A DNA stretch of 64,000 nt from Oscillospiraceae bacterium (GTDB lineage Bacteria; Bacillota; Clostridia; Oscillospirales; Acutalibacteraceae): contig SVON01000003.1 of the NCBI GenBank assembly GCA_015066365.1, positions 61,416 through 125,415 of the forward strand, written 5' to 3'. The notes below the pieces were generated by a model. The model was not told where the DNA came from, made no database searches, and was given only the letters and a program-made list of their open reading frames with translations. Numbering within the stretch: the stretch's first letter is position 1; every line of letters begins with the position of its first letter. The position numbers and the translations under genes were made by a program. This document shows positions 46,062-55,012 of the stretch, piece by piece.

Positions 46062-46790
46062 ATGATTTTTTATTATGTGCGTCACGGTGACCCCGTCTAT
46101 AATCCCGACAGCCTGACCCCGCTGGGGGAGCGGCAGGCAGAGGCGGTGGCGAAGCGTTTGTGTATGTTTGGGGTGAACAAGATCTATGCCTCCACCTCCA
46201 ACCGGGCGATCTTGACCGGTAAGCCCACCGCCGATATCCTGGGCAAGGAGATCGAGCAGTTGGAGTTCTGCAACGAGGCCAACATCGCTAAGGATTTTAT
46301 GATCGGCGAGTGGCCCCATCCCGATCAGGACTGGGCCTGGCGGCATAAGGATGTGCGTCCTTTGTTCCTGGATCCCGAGGTGATCGCTATGGGCCACGAC
46401 TGGTACAAGCACCCCAAACTGGCTCAGTATACCTTTGCCCACGGCATTGAGGCGATGTACGAGGGGGTAGATAAGCTGTTTGCCGAGCTGGGCTATGAGC
46501 ACGATCGCTACACCGGCACCTACAAGCCGGTTAATGACAACGATAAGCGGGTGGCGCTGTTTGCCCATCAGGGCTGCAGCACGGTGTTTCTCAGCTGTCT
46601 GTTGGATATTCCGTATCCCATTTTCTCCACCCGGTTTGATATGTGTCACAGCGGCTTCACCGCCATCGACTTCCACCCGGACAAAAATGGCGTGGTGGTG
46701 CCCCGTATTATGACTCTGTCCAACGACTCTCACTTGTACCGGGAGGGTTTGCCGCTGAAGTACAATCACGACAACCGTTGCCGATTTTGA
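46062..46790 (+). CDS. histidine phosphatase family protein (paralog of 28613..29308)
   Basis: MIFYYVRHGDPVYNPDSLTPLGERQA..., VALFAHQG, SNDSHLYREGL. Colinear with the other copy. Confidence 0.8.
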   Translation: MIFYYVRHGDPVYNPDSLTPLGERQAEAVAKRLCMFGVNKIYASTSNRAILTGKPTADILGKEIEQLEFCNEANIAKDFMIGEWPHPDQDWAWRHKDVRPLFLDPEVIAMGHDWYKHPKLAQYTFAHGIEAMYEGVDKLFAELGYEHDRYTGTYKPVNDNDKRVALFAHQGCSTVFLSCLLDIPYPIFSTRFDMCHSGFTAIDFHPDKNGVVVPRIMTLSNDSHLYREGLPLKYNHDNRCRF

Positions 46791-46797
46791 TTTTCCC

Positions 46798-46828
46798 AAT
46801 GCCGAGCCGAATGGCTCGGCATTTTTTA
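46798..46828 (+). terminator. rho-independent terminator
   Basis: aatgccgagcc / ggctcggcatt stem plus a T-run. Confidence 0.8.
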
Positions 46829-46923
46829 TCGTGTATACGGGGGAGAGAAGAGGGCGTTTTTTTCAAAAAATACAGAAATTAAAGAAAAATTAAAAATTTT
46901 TTCAACTTTTTATCTAAAAATGA

Positions 46924-46952
46924 TTGCATTTTGCAAAAACTTTTGTTATGAT
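46924..46952 (+). promoter_or_regulatory. candidate sigma-A promoter of cassette 2
   Basis: TTGCAT (46924-46929), 17-bp spacer, TATGAT (46947-46952). This leaves a ~170-nt leader. Confidence 0.5.
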
Positions 46953-47128
46953 ATCAGTGTGTTGTATTATGGGTTGATAGTATACCCTTATTATCTGTGT
47001 TGTCAAATCACAATACAACAGATACCGAGTGTTCGCTGCGGAAAAGGGCGGATAATTCCCATAAGCAAGCGGACGGCACCGGGTGTGACCGCCGCAAAAA
47101 ATATTTTTTGAGAGGAAGCGTGAAACAC

Positions 47129-48736
47129 ATGCGTAGAATCGCGAAAAAGACCCTGTTGCCCTTGCTGTGTGTGGTGGCGCTGATGGCCTGCACCTTTGGT
47201 GCGCTCTCCATCTCCGGCGCTACTCCTAGTGTGGAAAAAAGCGAGGCAATCCTGTCGAAATACGACGTCGACTCCTGGAACGGTACCATCCAGACCGGTA
47301 AGGCCGGCGACGGCATCGTCACCGCCTGGGATATTCTGAAGGTGGATGGCTATATCGAGGGTGTCTGGATCCCCTGGTTGACCCACTCTTGGTTGGGTTC
47401 CAGTTTGGCCCCCAACGACCTGGAGGCTTACGATAGTTATCTGGGTGACGATGGCTCTACCAAGGATTATTGGCAGAATATGAGCCAGACTGGTATTGAT
47501 CAGTATGACAACACCCAGTTGGAGATGGAGATCTTCAACCTGAAGGCTCTGGGCTTTAATGTGATGGCCTATGCGGGCTCCCCCTGGGGCGAGGGCCGTA
47601 TCAACGATACGAACACCTGGGAGTGCACCGGTGTTAAGCCGGAGTACCTGACCAATATGCGCCGTCTGTTGGATATTTGCCGCAAGGTGAATATGCCCGT
47701 TTGCTGGTACCTCCACTTCCACTCTTCCGCCGTGCCCGGCTACGCTAATTTGGATATGTGGTATAAGATCGCTCAGGTACAGGGCAATAAGGAGTACGCC
47801 GATTCCTACGCCGAGAACTTCGTTAAGCCCGTCTGCGAGGTGCTGGCTGAGTATCGCGACGTAGTCGTGATGTGCGGCATCGCTGACGAGACCTTTAACG
47901 AGATCAACGACTCCGATTTGGGCGATAAGTTCGAAGCGGGCCGTGACCAGTACGGCGTCACCGAAGAGGACTCTATGTATTTCCATGCCCAGATCGGCAA
48001 GATGGTCAAGCAGGTGATGCCGGATATGCCCACCACCTGTGCCGACAACGCCGACCAGTACGCTATGTACGGCGACGCCATCCTGGATATGCCCGGCCGT
48101 AACCAGTATTCCGACAGCGCCAACGCCTCCACTGATGTGACCAGCGCCTGGGCTACCGGTCCTCTGATGGCGGGTGAGTACGGTATGAGCGGCTCCTCCG
48201 GTGAGTACACCGAGGAAAACTGGTCCTCCACCATGATCGCCAAGCGCGAGGATTATCTGGACGCCGGCTACAGCGGCTTCTTCCAGTGGGCCTATGAGCC
48301 GGTCTTTAAGACCGCCGGCGCCGCCGCCCCCAACGGCAACCAGATGATCTATCAGGGCGGCACCACCCCCTACGACCTGCGTCTGGGCTGCTACAAGGCC
48401 TATTACTGGGCGATGGAACAGCAGGGCAAATCTGCCGATGCTCCCTCCGCTATGTACTATTGCGGCAAGACCATCTCTCTGACCAGCGGCGGCAGCTATG
48501 CCGGCAACGGTAAGGTTTACTACATCCGTCCCGAGAACGACGCCACCGTTACGGTGCAGCGTTCCACCGATGGCGGTGCCACCTGGACCACCATCAGTGG
48601 TACCACCACCTATGACACCAACGCAGACAACCGCCGCGCTTGCCTGACCGACCCCAACCCCGTGACCAGCGGCACCGTGCAGTACCGCGTCACTGCCAAC
48701 GGCTATACGTCCTACACCAACGTGTGGGCCTACTAA
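47129..48736 (+). CDS. secreted clan GH-A-like glycoside hydrolase paralog plus Fn3/Ig-like domain (no terminal CBM)
   Basis: Signal peptide (possible lipobox LMAC). IFNLKALGFNVMAYAGS, ETFNEIND and MAGEYGMSG align with the cassette 1 and 3 enzymes. Confidence 0.7.
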   Translation: MRRIAKKTLLPLLCVVALMACTFGALSISGATPSVEKSEAILSKYDVDSWNGTIQTGKAGDGIVTAWDILKVDGYIEGVWIPWLTHSWLGSSLAPNDLEAYDSYLGDDGSTKDYWQNMSQTGIDQYDNTQLEMEIFNLKALGFNVMAYAGSPWGEGRINDTNTWECTGVKPEYLTNMRRLLDICRKVNMPVCWYLHFHSSAVPGYANLDMWYKIAQVQGNKEYADSYAENFVKPVCEVLAEYRDVVVMCGIADETFNEINDSDLGDKFEAGRDQYGVTEEDSMYFHAQIGKMVKQVMPDMPTTCADNADQYAMYGDAILDMPGRNQYSDSANASTDVTSAWATGPLMAGEYGMSGSSGEYTEENWSSTMIAKREDYLDAGYSGFFQWAYEPVFKTAGAAAPNGNQMIYQGGTTPYDLRLGCYKAYYWAMEQQGKSADAPSAMYYCGKTISLTSGGSYAGNGKVYYIRPENDATVTVQRSTDGGATWTTISGTTTYDTNADNRRACLTDPNPVTSGTVQYRVTANGYTSYTNVWAY

Positions 48737-48756
48737 TCGAAAGGAGGAACTGAATT

Positions 48757-51003
48757 ATGAAACATTTTAGAAAAGTTAGCGCAGTCCTCCTGGCTGTGGT
48801 GATGCTGGCGGTTATGTTACCTTCCTTCATCAGCATAGATGCCCCCGTTGAGGCCGCCGAGGTCGGCGTGGTTGAAAACGGCAATTTCAGTAGCTACGAG
48901 TCCTATACCGGCAGCAGCGGCCAGACTGCCTGGAAGGCCACCGGTTGGGACGTGCGTGACTGGGGTGTTACTATGGGTGCCTCCGGTCAGAGCGGCAAGG
49001 GCGTCCAGCTGTCTAAGGATCCCTCCCACGCCGGAGCTACCTCTCTGACCCAGGTGGTGCCTGTCAACACCAACGCCACCTACACCTTCTCCTTTTACGC
49101 TAAGGCTCCCAAGACCGACTGCGACTACGTGGCGTGCTTCACCTACTCTCTGGATTTGGGCACTACTTCCGGTGACTGCAACACCTCTTTGGTGAGTCAG
49201 GCTACCATCAACCCCGGTAGCACCAGCTGGAAGAAGTTTACCTATACCGTGAACACCGGCTCCAACAAGTATCTGAAGATTCGTTTCATCAGTACCGGTG
49301 TCGGTTCCGGTGACTCCTATCTGGATACCGTGGCCCTGACCGTGGTCAATGCCGGCGACACCGGCACCCACGCCAAGCCCACCCTGAAGAGCTTCACCAC
49401 CGAGAAGAACCGCCCCAATTCCGACAGCAACAATGTGATTAAGCAGCCCGGCTTTGAGGCCACCACCAGTGCTCAGTGGAACACCTCTGCTTTCCTGACC
49501 AACGGTGTGTCCCACGTCACCGGCGATGCCGCCGGCGCTCACTCCGGTAGTGGCTATCTGAAGTATTATCGCGGCAGCGTGGCTCCCGGCACCTGGTCTC
49601 AGTTCAGCGTGGATCTGCCCTCTGCCGGTGAGTACGTCTTCTCCGCCTGGGTGCGTACCCCTGGGCTGTCCGCCAATAACAAGGGTGTGGCCAGCATCGG
49701 TATTATGGACGAGGACACCAATAAGTTCCTGACCTATGATGACGGTTACTACGGTCACTATTCCACCCCCGAGATCCAGATCCGTTCCACCGCCACCGAT
49801 AACGACTGGCACCTGCGTGCCGTCACCTTCTACGTGGGCGGCGCTTCCACCATTCGGATCGCTATGTACGGTCTGTCCTCCGAGATGTACGTGGACGATA
49901 TCTCCATCCACCTGTTGACCAATGGTGTGACCTATTCCGGCAACCAGAAGGGCACCCTGTCTGCCAGCACCTCTGTCAGCAATAAGTATTGCGAGGCCGA
50001 GGATAGCCTGATCCCCGACAGCGCCTTTAACGGCGATGCATCTAAGACGTTCTGGAGCCAGTCCTCCGGTTGGAACAACGGTATGCTGGAGTTTGCCAAG
50101 GATGCTACTGCTACTACCCGTGGCACCACGCTGCACTACAAGGGCACCAACACCGGCTCTAAAAAGCTGTACAACTACATCAAGTTTGTCTATGTGGAGC
50201 CCAACACCAGCTACACCGTATCCTTCGACTATCGTGTGGCTACCGCCGGCAACCAGCTGATGTTCATTGATAACAACATCGAGAATCCCCAGATTTTCCA
50301 CACCGCCTCTTTGGGCTCTGCCAGCAACAGCTGGAAGACCTATGCCTTCACCTTCAGCTCCGGTAACTACAACCGCATCGGTATTGTGTTCCGCAACCAC
50401 GCTTCCGCCGAGTCCTACTTCGACGATTTCCGCTTCTTCAAGTATTCCGACGGTATCGCTACCGAGCCGGAAGAGGAAGTATTCCCCACCCTGAAGCACA
50501 CCGGTGGTGAGAAGTCTCGTATGGAGATGGATACCGGCAAGCTGGGTCTGGCCTTCCGCTTTAATCTGGATTGCACCGGCGTGACCCTGAATGGTCAGCA
50601 CATTGGTAACTACGCCAACGGTAAGGTGCAGGCCTTTGAGGACGGCGTGGATTATACGCTGAAAGCTGCCGGCGCCGTGATGACCAACGACGCTTCTGTG
50701 GGTAATGATAAAAATGCCTTTGTGCGCGAGAACACCAACACCGCCAAGACGGTGATCGACGTCAATGCCAAGTATCTGTTCAACGTGTATCACAAGAACT
50801 ACTATGGCATCGATCAGGATGGTATCACCTATGCGGTGCGTATCACCAACATCCCTGAGAGTCACATCTCTACGGTAATCTATGCCCGTCCTTACTATAT
50901 CTTTGATTACAACGGCCGCGATGTGATTGTGTACGGTGATATCGTCTCTGCTTGCTACGAGACCTTCCCCGACATCAACGACGGTTGGCTGGAGTGGGAT
51001 TGA
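48757..51003 (+). CDS. secreted multi-CBM protein, paralog of 23403..25997
   Basis: Same module order and the same conserved C-terminal domain (GAVMTNDASVG...YARPYYIF...VIVYGDIV). Confidence 0.7.
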   Translation: MKHFRKVSAVLLAVVMLAVMLPSFISIDAPVEAAEVGVVENGNFSSYESYTGSSGQTAWKATGWDVRDWGVTMGASGQSGKGVQLSKDPSHAGATSLTQVVPVNTNATYTFSFYAKAPKTDCDYVACFTYSLDLGTTSGDCNTSLVSQATINPGSTSWKKFTYTVNTGSNKYLKIRFISTGVGSGDSYLDTVALTVVNAGDTGTHAKPTLKSFTTEKNRPNSDSNNVIKQPGFEATTSAQWNTSAFLTNGVSHVTGDAAGAHSGSGYLKYYRGSVAPGTWSQFSVDLPSAGEYVFSAWVRTPGLSANNKGVASIGIMDEDTNKFLTYDDGYYGHYSTPEIQIRSTATDNDWHLRAVTFYVGGASTIRIAMYGLSSEMYVDDISIHLLTNGVTYSGNQKGTLSASTSVSNKYCEAEDSLIPDSAFNGDASKTFWSQSSGWNNGMLEFAKDATATTRGTTLHYKGTNTGSKKLYNYIKFVYVEPNTSYTVSFDYRVATAGNQLMFIDNNIENPQIFHTASLGSASNSWKTYAFTFSSGNYNRIGIVFRNHASAESYFDDFRFFKYSDGIATEPEEEVFPTLKHTGGEKSRMEMDTGKLGLAFRFNLDCTGVTLNGQHIGNYANGKVQAFEDGVDYTLKAAGAVMTNDASVGNDKNAFVRENTNTAKTVIDVNAKYLFNVYHKNYYGIDQDGITYAVRITNIPESHISTVIYARPYYIFDYNGRDVIVYGDIVSACYETFPDINDGWLEWD

Positions 51004-51041
51004 TCCTTTTAATCAGCCCCGCTGATTTGTAACCAAATAAT

Positions 51042-51076
51042 AAAATCCCGGTCACGGTTCCCGTGACCGGGATTTT
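51042..51076 (+). terminator. rho-independent terminator
   Basis: aaaatcccggtcacgg / ccgtgaccgggatttt. Confidence 0.85.
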
Positions 51077-51141
51077 TAAAGACCGCCTGGATGGCTGTGC
51101 TCATCTGTGGCATACAGAAACTTCAAAATGAGGAGAGCACA

Positions 51142-51927
51142 ATGGAAGCTTTTAATCATTGGTTGAATCAAATACAGCATAACGGCCAGGGTGTTGAACT
51201 GTACAATCTGGTGGGCACCCTTTGTTTTGTCGTGCTGGTTATTAGCGGTATTTGGTATGTTTGGCGGCAAAAACTGAGTTTTTTTAAGGCGATGCCCATT
51301 GTGGTGATGGCCTGTGTGTTTTTGATTTACGCTCAGCATCTGATGACCTGGTATCGCCGAGATTTTGCGCTGGAGAGTTACATGGGCACCGCTAACGTTG
51401 GCTATGCTTTTACGCTGTTGCCGCTGTTTTGTTGGCTGTGTGCAAAGGCCTTTTCCGTTTCCACCGCTACGGTGGGGGAACTGGTGGCGGTCACCACCCT
51501 CTCTTGGCACGTAATCGGCCGCTCCGGTTGCACCTTTTCCGGTTGTTGCCGTGGTGTTGACTGCCCGTGGGGCGTCTATTCCGTCTATGCCGGCGGAAAC
51601 ACGTTTCCGGTCTGCTGGCTGGAGAGTTTGATCGCTCTGGGCGTATTGGTGTTTCTGCTGGTGCGTCTGTTCCGCCGGGAGCGCGGTGTGCCGGATGATG
51701 GGCGCGCCTTACCGTACGCTCTGCTGCTGTACGGTAGTGGCCGCTTTTTCTCCGAGTTTTTGCGGCACCACCCTCAGGAGGATATCCTCTTTGGCTTTTT
51801 GCCGGAGTTCTCGGTTCACGCCCTGCTGATGGCGATGGTGGGCGGTATTCTGCTGTACAGCGTTATACGGGGACACCGGCCTGCTGTTTCGTCTGCAACG
51901 GCGGATACGGCGGTTTCACAAGAATAA
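51142..51927 (+). CDS. Lgt (prolipoprotein diacylglyceryl transferase) family membrane protein, Cys-rich variant motif
   Basis: Aligns by eye to the C-terminal two thirds of Lgt. GRSGCTFSGCCRG corresponds to the GR.GNF.N.E..G signature, FPVCWLESL to P.QLYE, and YGSGRFFSEFLR to YG.FRF..EF.R. Confidence 0.6.
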   Translation: MEAFNHWLNQIQHNGQGVELYNLVGTLCFVVLVISGIWYVWRQKLSFFKAMPIVVMACVFLIYAQHLMTWYRRDFALESYMGTANVGYAFTLLPLFCWLCAKAFSVSTATVGELVAVTTLSWHVIGRSGCTFSGCCRGVDCPWGVYSVYAGGNTFPVCWLESLIALGVLVFLLVRLFRRERGVPDDGRALPYALLLYGSGRFFSEFLRHHPQEDILFGFLPEFSVHALLMAMVGGILLYSVIRGHRPAVSSATADTAVSQE

Positions 51928-51988
51928 GTTTACAAAAATGTGGGTCTGGGTCTGTTTGGCTCCGCCCCCATGAAACGAGGTTTCATAA

Positions 51989-52843
51989 ATGGAACAATTC
52001 AACAACTGGCTTAATGAAATTCAGCACAATGGAAGAGGCATCGAGCTGTACAATCTGACCGGTACCGTCTGTATAGCGCTGTTGGCGGTTTCGATACTGC
52101 TATACGTTTGGCGGCAGAGGCTGAATCCGTTTAAGGCGATTCCCATCGGGATAATCGTGTACTATTTTCTCGGCTATGCCCAGCATATCATGACCTGGTA
52201 CCGACGCGATTTTGCGTTCGGCGAGGGGTATTATGGCACCGCCAACATCGGGTATGCGTTCGTCCTGCTGCCGCTTCTCTGCTGGCTGTGCGACGTCACC
52301 TTTAACCTGCCCAAGCACACCTCCGGCGAGCTGGCGGCGATCACCACGCTGGGATGGCACTTTGTGGGTCGCTCCGGCTGCACCTTTACCGGCTGTTGCC
52401 ACGGCATTCCCAGCAGTTGGGGTATCTACACCCACAAAATTGACAGCCTTGCCTTCCCGGTCTGTTGGCTGGAGAGCCTGCTTACTCTGGGCATCCTGAT
52501 CTTCCTGCTGGTGCGGCTGTTCCGCCGTGGTCTTATGCCGGAAGGGAAACAGAGCCGCTTCCGTCTGGTGAACTGGTATTACCGCAAGCGCCGTATGCTG
52601 GATAACGGTCGGGCGCTTCCCTATATGTTGCTGTTTTACGGCACCGGCCGTTTCTTCACCGAGTTTTTGCGGTACCACCCCGAGGACGATATCCTCTTCG
52701 GTTTCCTGCCGGAGTTCTCCATTCACGCCCTGCTGATGGCAGTGGTGGGCGGTTATCTTTTGTACCGCCTGATTAAAAAAGAGAAGGCTGCGGCTGTACC
52801 GGAAGAGGAAGCGCTTCCTACCCTCAAGGGTCAGCGGCACTAA
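51989..52843 (+). CDS. second Lgt-family membrane protein (tandem paralog)
   Basis: MEQFNNWLNEIQHNG..., GRSGCTFTGCCHG, FPVCWLESL and YGTGRFFTEFLR. Colinear with the upstream gene. Confidence 0.6.
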   Translation: MEQFNNWLNEIQHNGRGIELYNLTGTVCIALLAVSILLYVWRQRLNPFKAIPIGIIVYYFLGYAQHIMTWYRRDFAFGEGYYGTANIGYAFVLLPLLCWLCDVTFNLPKHTSGELAAITTLGWHFVGRSGCTFTGCCHGIPSSWGIYTHKIDSLAFPVCWLESLLTLGILIFLLVRLFRRGLMPEGKQSRFRLVNWYYRKRRMLDNGRALPYMLLFYGTGRFFTEFLRYHPEDDILFGFLPEFSIHALLMAVVGGYLLYRLIKKEKAAAVPEEEALPTLKGQRH

Positions 52844-52857
52844 TCGATAACACAAGC

Positions 52858-52890
52858 AAAAGGCTGTGGCGGTTGCCACAGCCTTTTTTT
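52858..52890 (+). terminator. rho-independent terminator
   Basis: aaaggctgtggc / gccacagccttt stem plus a T-run. Confidence 0.85.
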
Positions 52891-53015
52891 GCTTTTTTCA
52901 CCCTTTTGCAACTCTTTGAATGGAGTAGGGGAGAGAGGCTTTCCATTAAATGGAATTATGGCGTTGCTTCATTATAAAAATGACTAAAATTCTTGCAGAA
53001 ATGACAGATTTTCTA

Positions 53016-53044
53016 GCGGAAAAGTATTGCAAAAAAAGTCCATC
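53016..53044 (+). promoter_or_regulatory. candidate sigma-A promoter, giving a ~280-nt leader before the SBP gene
   Basis: TTGCAA (53016-53021), 17-bp spacer, TATGAT (53039-53044). Confidence 0.5.
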
Positions 53045-53333
53045 TATGATATGATTACTATGCAGAATAGCATCAGTGTGGGTTTTTGTCCCCGAAGCAA
53101 GCGAAAGCGGCGTTTTTCATCGTGAAATCAGCCGGTTTCCGGCTGTCCGCTGATGGCACTGCGATGCTTGTTCGGATGGTTTTCACCCGCACCGATCTCG
53201 ACATTCGAAAACCAGATGAAACCTGCGACACTTTTTTGAAAAGGGAGGCGAACAATCGGGCTGTAACGGATTAGCCCTCCGGTATTTTACTTAACTTGTC
53301 TCTAATAAAAATTTTATTTAGGAGGAAACCAAT

Positions 53334-54896
53334 ATGAAAACAGCAAAGTTCAGCCGTATTCTCAGCCTGTTGGCTCTGGTGCTGGTTGCCACGATGCTGC
53401 TGACCCTGGTCAGCTGTGGCAGCACCACCCCGGTTGGGGATATCCCCGCTGCAGAAGAGGACGTTTCTAGCGATCCCTCTGACGGCAATGGCGACGTTGC
53501 GGATCCCTCTGTGACCGATCCCAGCGACACCGACCCCACTTCTTCTGACCCTACTGCCAGTGACCCCACTAGCAGCACTCCCACCAGCAGTGGCACCGGT
53601 GGTATTCCGATCATCACCAAGCCCAACCCCAGCGGCAGTGGCACCACCCAGACCACCACTTCTCTGACCAACCCCACGGTGGATCCTGGCAAGGATGTTC
53701 TGAAGGCTGTTCCGAAGGAGCTGAAGGGCACCAGCATCAAGATGCTGATCTGGTGGACCGCCGGTAAGGACGATAAGGCCGAGGCCGCTAAATTCGAGAA
53801 GGCCACCGGCATCAAGGTTTCTTATGAAACCGCCGCTCTGACCAAGTATCAGACCAACCTGTCCGCTAAGGTTATGGCTAAGAACGCTCCCGCTCTGGCC
53901 GCCATCATCAACGAGTGGTATCCCCAGCCCATCACCCGTGGTCTGATGCAGCCCCTGACCAACGTAAAGGGTTGGAACTACAAGGATAGCAAGCTGTACT
54001 CTCTGTCTCTGATGGATCAGTTCGGCTACAAGGGCAAGCACTACGGCGTGGCTCTGAAGGGCTCCAACATGACCACCTTCGAGGTGATGTTCTTCAACAA
54101 GAACATCCTGAAGAAGCAGGGCGTCAAGCAGGATCCCTATCAGCTGTGGAAAGCCGGTAAGTGGAACTGGGATACTTGCTTGGATATCGCCAAGAAGTGC
54201 ACCGATTCCAAGCGCAAGCTGTTTGGTATGTCCAACGTTGGTCAGTATTTCTGGATGCTGTCCGCCGGTGAGGACTTTGTTAAGTCCACCAAGGCCGGTC
54301 TGAAGAACAACATCGGCTCCGCCGGCGTTCTGAACGCCTGGAACCACAACTGGAACCTGACCTACACCCACAAGGTTATCGATACCTCTTACACCGGCCA
54401 GACTCCCTTCTTCCAGGGCAAGGCCGCTATGCTGGGCGCCGGTTCCTACATGATGCAGGCCGATGCCAGCCACTCCAACTACGTTCCTCAGAACATGAAG
54501 GACGAGTGGGGTGTCGTTCCCTTCCCGTCTCCCAAGGGCAAGTCTGTTGCCGCTTGCGAGGGTACCGTTTGGGGCTTCCCCACCAGCGTCTCCGGCAACA
54601 AGCTGCAGGCCGCTGCCTGGTACCTGCGTTACTTCCTGGATGACTACAACTATTCCGCCCGTGACTTCTATCCCAAGTCTGAGTGCTGGGAGGTCATGAA
54701 GTGGATGTGGGATCAGACCATCCAGTCCTACAACTCCGTCGGTGTTCTGACCTACGGCGGTGAGTACAACGCTTACTCCATCCAGTATTCTCTGGTTGAC
54801 GAGGCTGACACCACCGGTAAGCTGAAGGCTAACCTGGAGTCCTGGATCGGCGTTCTGGATGCCAACATCAAGAAGATCGAGAACGAGTTGGCTTGA
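53334..54896 (+). CDS. extracellular solute-binding lipoprotein (carbohydrate ABC, family 1) with Ser/Thr/Pro/Asp-rich tether
   Basis: Lipobox LVSCG, linker DPSDTDPTSSDPTASDPTSSTPTSS, then an SBP-like body (IKMLIWW.., KAAMLGAGSYM). RBS TAGGAGG. Confidence 0.8.
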   Translation: MKTAKFSRILSLLALVLVATMLLTLVSCGSTTPVGDIPAAEEDVSSDPSDGNGDVADPSVTDPSDTDPTSSDPTASDPTSSTPTSSGTGGIPIITKPNPSGSGTTQTTTSLTNPTVDPGKDVLKAVPKELKGTSIKMLIWWTAGKDDKAEAAKFEKATGIKVSYETAALTKYQTNLSAKVMAKNAPALAAIINEWYPQPITRGLMQPLTNVKGWNYKDSKLYSLSLMDQFGYKGKHYGVALKGSNMTTFEVMFFNKNILKKQGVKQDPYQLWKAGKWNWDTCLDIAKKCTDSKRKLFGMSNVGQYFWMLSAGEDFVKSTKAGLKNNIGSAGVLNAWNHNWNLTYTHKVIDTSYTGQTPFFQGKAAMLGAGSYMMQADASHSNYVPQNMKDEWGVVPFPSPKGKSVAACEGTVWGFPTSVSGNKLQAAAWYLRYFLDDYNYSARDFYPKSECWEVMKWMWDQTIQSYNSVGVLTYGGEYNAYSIQYSLVDEADTTGKLKANLESWIGVLDANIKKIENELA

Positions 54897-55012
54897 TGAC
54901 GACGCATACGTCCGGATTTTCGGTCGTATGATGGAACAGTAATGTATTCCGGCGGGGCCCCGGTTAGCCGAGGTCCCGCTTTGGGATTTCTTGTGAAGAA
55001 AGGATGAGTGAG

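Noticed and set aside
53073-53274. 60-62-aa ORFs on both strands within the SBP leader.
   Set aside because: They mutually overlap, lack an RBS and have no recognisable features. The region is treated as an untranslated leader instead.
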